10,964 bases of DNA from Thermoproteota archaeon (GTDB lineage: Archaea > Thermoproteota > EX4484-205 > JAAOZP01). The translations under genes and the position numbers were made by a program. Positions 7,592-10,964 of the stretch are shown one piece after another. Where the stretch lies: contig JBNAVT010000041.1 of assembly GCA_049700215.1 (NCBI GenBank), forward strand, positions 1-10,964, read 5' to 3'. Below the pieces are notes generated by a model that saw only the letters and a list, made by a program, of their open reading frames with translations, was not told where the DNA came from and ran no database searches. Each line of letters begins with the position of its first letter. Position 1 is the stretch's first letter.

Positions 7592-8980
7592 ATGTTGGAG
7601 GAGCTCGCAACCTATGGGTTGAGCACAGCTGAAAAACTGGGCGCGACCTATGTTGAAGCCAGGGCTCAACGGACAAACTACGAGTTGATCACGATCGACA
7701 ACGGGGTTCTCAAGGAGTTTTCTAAAACTTTCTCAGCCGGTCTGGGCGTCAGGGTGTTTTACGACAGCAGGTTCGGCTTCTCGTCGACGAACGATCTTAA
7801 ACGTGAAAGCGTTAAGGAGGCTGTTGAGAAAGCCATATCCGCAGCCAGAGTCTCCAGGAGGGTGGAGAAGCTTGGTGAAAGAGAAGCCCGAAAAGGGGTT
7901 TTCAAATCCGCCTGCAGGAAAAAGCCCGAGGACGTTTCAGACGAGGAGAAAGTCAGCCTTACGCTAGAGGTTAACAAGGCTGGGCTGAGCTTAGAGGGAG
8001 TAAAGTCGGCTGTTACTAGGCTCGGCATCCAGCGTGACTGGAGGTATGTTGTTACAAGCGATGGGGTAGAGCTGGAATACGAGTCATCATTGCTGGGTTT
8101 GGTACATATGAGCGTGGCTTTCGAAGCCGGGGCGATGGAGAGGGTTGGCGACCAGGAGTCTGCCGTAGCCGGCTGGGAGTTTATAGAGAGCAAAGACTGG
8201 ACAGGGTTCTCGCTAAATGTCAGTAGGCTGGCTAAGGAGGCGGTTAAGGCACCGCTCCCCCCTTCGGGCAGGCTTAAGGCGGTGGCTGATCCTGAGATGG
8301 TAGGCTTAATTCTTCATGAGGCTTTTGGACACGCGTGCGAGGGAGACCTGGTTTCTTCAGGCGACTCAATACTATGCGGAAGGCTTGGAAGCGAGGTGGC
8401 TTCACCTTCGGTGTCGATAGTCGACGATGGTCTTGCTGAGGGAGGATATTTCGTCCCGTTTGACGATGAGGGCAACGTTAAGAAAAGGGTTGTCGTAGTT
8501 GAAAACGGTGTGCTGAAATCCTTCATGACGGGCAGGGAAACAGCGGGTATGCTTAGCCTGCCGGTTTCAGGGAACAGTAGGGCGCAGGACTTCACCCATT
8601 TCCCGATTGTGAGGCAAACAAACTTCTTCATGATGCCTAAGGACTATGGTTTCGAGGAGATTATTAGGGAGGCTGGAGAAGGAATATATATTGTTGGAAG
8701 AGGAGCAACCGGGGGCCAGGTTGACACAGCCTCCGGGACCTTCACTTTCTCCGCTGGACCGTCGAGGATGATACGTAACGGTGAGCTTGCCGAGCTGGTC
8801 AGGGGCGTGGTCATCTCCGGCTCCATACTTGAAACGTTAAGGGGAGTGGAGGCTGTTGGGAGGGATTTGAAGATAACAACCTCAGCCTTCGGCGGCTGCG
8901 GCAAGGACAACCAGCTGGCCAGGGTAGGAGACGGGGGGCCCCATGTAATGATTAGGGAGCTCATCATCGGGGGTGGTTGA
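7592..8980 (+). CDS. tldD: TldD metalloprotease (catalytic subunit, TldD/PmbA family)
   Basis: 462 aa. GLGVRVF..RFGFSST, metal-binding HEAFGHACEGD (HExxGH), PFDDEG, GNSRAQ...PIVRQTNF, GGQVDT..GTFTF and C-terminal CGKDNQ..VGDGGPH with the conserved Cys. Confidence 0.95.
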   Translation: MLEELATYGLSTAEKLGATYVEARAQRTNYELITIDNGVLKEFSKTFSAGLGVRVFYDSRFGFSSTNDLKRESVKEAVEKAISAARVSRRVEKLGEREARKGVFKSACRKKPEDVSDEEKVSLTLEVNKAGLSLEGVKSAVTRLGIQRDWRYVVTSDGVELEYESSLLGLVHMSVAFEAGAMERVGDQESAVAGWEFIESKDWTGFSLNVSRLAKEAVKAPLPPSGRLKAVADPEMVGLILHEAFGHACEGDLVSSGDSILCGRLGSEVASPSVSIVDDGLAEGGYFVPFDDEGNVKKRVVVVENGVLKSFMTGRETAGMLSLPVSGNSRAQDFTHFPIVRQTNFFMMPKDYGFEEIIREAGEGIYIVGRGATGGQVDTASGTFTFSAGPSRMIRNGELAELVRGVVISGSILETLRGVEAVGRDLKITTSAFGGCGKDNQLARVGDGGPHVMIRELIIGGG

Positions 8981-10311
8981 AAATGAATGTTGAGAAAGCA
9001 GTTAAGAGGGCTGTTGACCTAGGCGCCTCCGAGGCTGAGGCCTTCCTCCTGAGCACGGCTGAGACATCTTTAACCCTGGCGGGAGACGTGGAGGCTTCGA
9101 AGACTGTTAGGCTGAAATCCTTCGGAATCAGGGTTGCCGTTGGAAAGTCTACAGCAATCGTCGGCACCCAGGATGTGAGCGAAACAGGTGTTGAGAACGC
9201 CGTAAGGTCTGCTGTTTCAATAGCAAGAGTTTCTCCACCGGATCCAAGATGGGTAAGGATGAACGAGAAGATCAGGGTGAGGAATGTTGGAGAAACCTTT
9301 GACAAAGCTACTGCCGAGGCATCCCCGGAGGACCTGCTTCCAGTCGCGAGAGAGCTTCTGGACTCTGTTAAAGAGGGATGCAGGGAAGCCAGGCCTATCC
9401 GCGGCTTCATCACTTCTAGAGCCATGGAGGCTGTTTACGCGAACACTTACGGGGGGCCTGTTACAAGAGGCGAGACCATGGCATTCCTATACATTGAGGC
9501 GAGGGTCGACGAGGCTGGTGAAGTAGGCACCTACTCGGATTACAGCATAGCAAGAAGCCTCAGGGGGCTGGAGGCTAGGAAGACGGGTTTTGAAGCAGGC
9601 TCAAGAGCAAGAGAGTTCGTTAAAGCAGGCTCAATACCAAACGGGAAGTACGAGGTTGTAACGCTCAACAGGGTTTCAGACTCCCTGCTGCCCGTCATGC
9701 TTAGCCCAGCGGTTTCAGCGTTGAACGTTCAGGAGGGAAGGTCACCCCTAGCCGGAAAGATAGGCGTGGAAATAATGTCAAGCAGTGTTACTATTGAGGA
9801 CTTGGGTGCCAGCGTGAACACGCTGGGCGCCAAGCCTTTCGACGACGAGGGATTCCCCACTCGAGACCTGACGATAGTGAGCAAGGGTGTTTTAAACACT
9901 TTTATCTACGATACTTACACTGCGAACAGGGAGGGGAGAGAGTCTACCGGTAATGCGTCAAGAGGCTACTCAACGGCTCCGAGGCCCTCTCTGCACCATC
10001 TCCACCTTAAACCTGGAGATGCGAGCTTCGAGGAGATCGTCAGGGAGACTAGGAACGGCGTATTGGTGATGGGCACGATAGGAGAACAGTTGTCTAACCC
10101 TGTCAGCGGGCATTTAAACGCCACGATAACCCATGCGTATATGGTTGAGAACGGTGAGATGGTTAAGCCTGTGAAGAACGGGGTTATCTCAGGCAATTTC
10201 TACGAGATGCTTAAAGACGGCTTGGAGATGATTGGCAACGATACGAGGCACGACTATGGGGTTTCAGCACCATCCCTCAAGTTCCGAAACGTAGTAATAG
10301 CTAGTAAGTGA
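8977..10311 (+). CDS. pmbA: PmbA/TldE family protein (non-catalytic partner of TldD)
   Basis: 444 aa. The TTG start overlaps the tldD stop (TTGA; alternative ATG at 8983). Motifs FGIRVAVG, PFDDEGFPT, STGNASR, NPVSG and ISGNFYEML. It lacks the HExxH motif, as expected for PmbA/TldE. Confidence 0.93.
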   Translation: MKMNVEKAVKRAVDLGASEAEAFLLSTAETSLTLAGDVEASKTVRLKSFGIRVAVGKSTAIVGTQDVSETGVENAVRSAVSIARVSPPDPRWVRMNEKIRVRNVGETFDKATAEASPEDLLPVARELLDSVKEGCREARPIRGFITSRAMEAVYANTYGGPVTRGETMAFLYIEARVDEAGEVGTYSDYSIARSLRGLEARKTGFEAGSRAREFVKAGSIPNGKYEVVTLNRVSDSLLPVMLSPAVSALNVQEGRSPLAGKIGVEIMSSSVTIEDLGASVNTLGAKPFDDEGFPTRDLTIVSKGVLNTFIYDTYTANREGRESTGNASRGYSTAPRPSLHHLHLKPGDASFEEIVRETRNGVLVMGTIGEQLSNPVSGHLNATITHAYMVENGEMVKPVKNGVISGNFYEMLKDGLEMIGNDTRHDYGVSAPSLKFRNVVIASK

Positions 10312-10359
10312 AGCGCGCGCTAAACTAGGAGTTTTCAGAGGAAGCGTCTTAGTCTGTTT

Positions 10360-10566
10360 TGTAGCGGCTGAAGCCCGCCTTTAATCGGGTAAAGCCCCAG
10401 CATAGCTTTTAGCGCGTGCTAATAAAGTGGGCCATGGGCTACATGCTCGTGGCAGGGACTGGCTTGACACAGCCCTGAACCCGGTGGGATGAGCCTCAAC
10501 GATTAAGGACATAATACCTGCATGTATTGGAGATGGCGCAACTGTAGCTACTTGTGCCCGCCTTTA
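10360..10566 (+). repeat. Imperfect 24-bp direct repeat pair, TGTAGC-N7-GCCCGCCTTTA
   Basis: TGTAGC-GGCTGAA-GCCCGCCTTTA at 10360-10383 and TGTAGC-TACTTGT-GCCCGCCTTTA at 10543-10566. Flanking blocks and spacing are identical. Confidence 0.55.
10409..10422. repeat. Best copy of the dispersed palindromic motif TTAGCRCGYGCTAA
   Basis: TTAGCGCGTGCTAA. Related copies are at 53-66, 5004-5017, 5593-5606, 7566-7580 and 10310-10323. Confidence 0.6.
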
Positions 10567-10818
10567 CTTGGCTTATAACACTAATTTTCAAGCATAATCA
10601 TTACGCATTCACATTCCACTCAACATAGTTCACAAAGAGCAGGGTCTGAACTATTCGGTAGCCGCTATTTCCTTAGTTAGGAGAAACGCGTCTTCACTTC
10701 CTTCAGATATTTTCAAATTTGGAGCAATTCAAGCGAAATTTATCATTGCAAGATTCTGCACACTGATATGCATGAACAGTAGGAGAAGCCCGCGTGCTCT
10801 CTCCCCCTCCTCGCGCAC

Positions 10819-10964
10819 TTAGTCAACCGCTTGCCTTCTGAAAAAATCATCCAGGCTTTCACGCCTCTCAGCCAGGCGGACCCGGCCTGACCGTGAAACA
10901 AGGGTTGGGGGCCTAGGCCGCCCATTATAATTACTGGACATTGAGCACCCGTAGGCTCCGGCAT
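10819..10964 (-). CDS. lysA: Diaminopimelate decarboxylase, C-terminal end (partial; gene enters from the right edge)
   Basis: Manual translation from 10962 gives AGAYGCSMSSNYNGRPRPPTLVSRSGRVRLAERRESLDDFFRRQAVD*, with TAA at 10821-10819. GAYG.SMSSNYN.RPRP...RRE is the characteristic LysA C-terminus. A related Orn/DAP/Arg decarboxylase cannot be fully excluded. Confidence 0.88.
   Translation of the reverse strand, partial: AGAYGCSMSSNYNGRPRPPTLVSRSGRVRLAERRESLDDFFRRQAVD

Noticed and set aside
7759-10196. Short ORFs overlapping tldD/pmbA (7759, 8314, 8644, 8964 and 9966 on minus; 9284 on plus)
   Set aside because: Ser/Pro/Thr-rich antisense or off-frame shadows. None looks like a RiPP precursor.
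10529-10570. GGAGATGGCG resembling the start of a fluoride riboswitch
   Set aside because: No complementary P1 strand or downstream CTGATG..CCTAC-like element, and no downstream gene on this strand.
10312-10818. tRNA, SRP RNA, RNase P RNA, C/D-box sRNA or CRISPR array in the long gap
   Set aside because: No T-loop GTTCRA cloverleaf, GAGGAAAGTCC, SRP helix-8 motif, properly paired C/D boxes or regularly spaced repeats were seen.
10743-10964. 73-aa Cys-rich ORF (MPEPTGAQC...CSCISVC), tempting as a TldD-processed precursor peptide
   Set aside because: Wrong frame: the overlapping frame encodes a clear LysA C-terminus, and the ATG is simply the window edge.

Overview
Archaeal genomic DNA, about 50% GC. 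This is inferred from TATA/BRE-like promoters, short or absent leaders, frequent AGG/ATA codons and two archaeal-type PurP genes; the lineage cannot be fixed from sequence alone. Gene order: probable 5' end of an unknown minus-strand gene at the left edge; K+-independent membrane pyrophosphatase hppA (-); two tandem, divergent purP-family genes (+); a truncated nucleotidyltransferase/DUF4037-like remnant (-); a membrane-anchored SppA/S49 peptidase fused to an extra C-terminal domain (-); a tldD-pmbA(tldE) pair (+); about 500 bp of unexplained convergent intergenic DNA; and the 3' end of lysA (-), which the ORF track called in the wrong frame. The content is mostly housekeeping. I see no rRNA, tRNA, CRISPR array or intact mobile element, and no clear new multi-gene system. 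The most unusual signal is a palindromic motif (consensus about TTAGCRCGYGCTAA) that recurs in the non-coding and decayed DNA, near promoters and stop codons.
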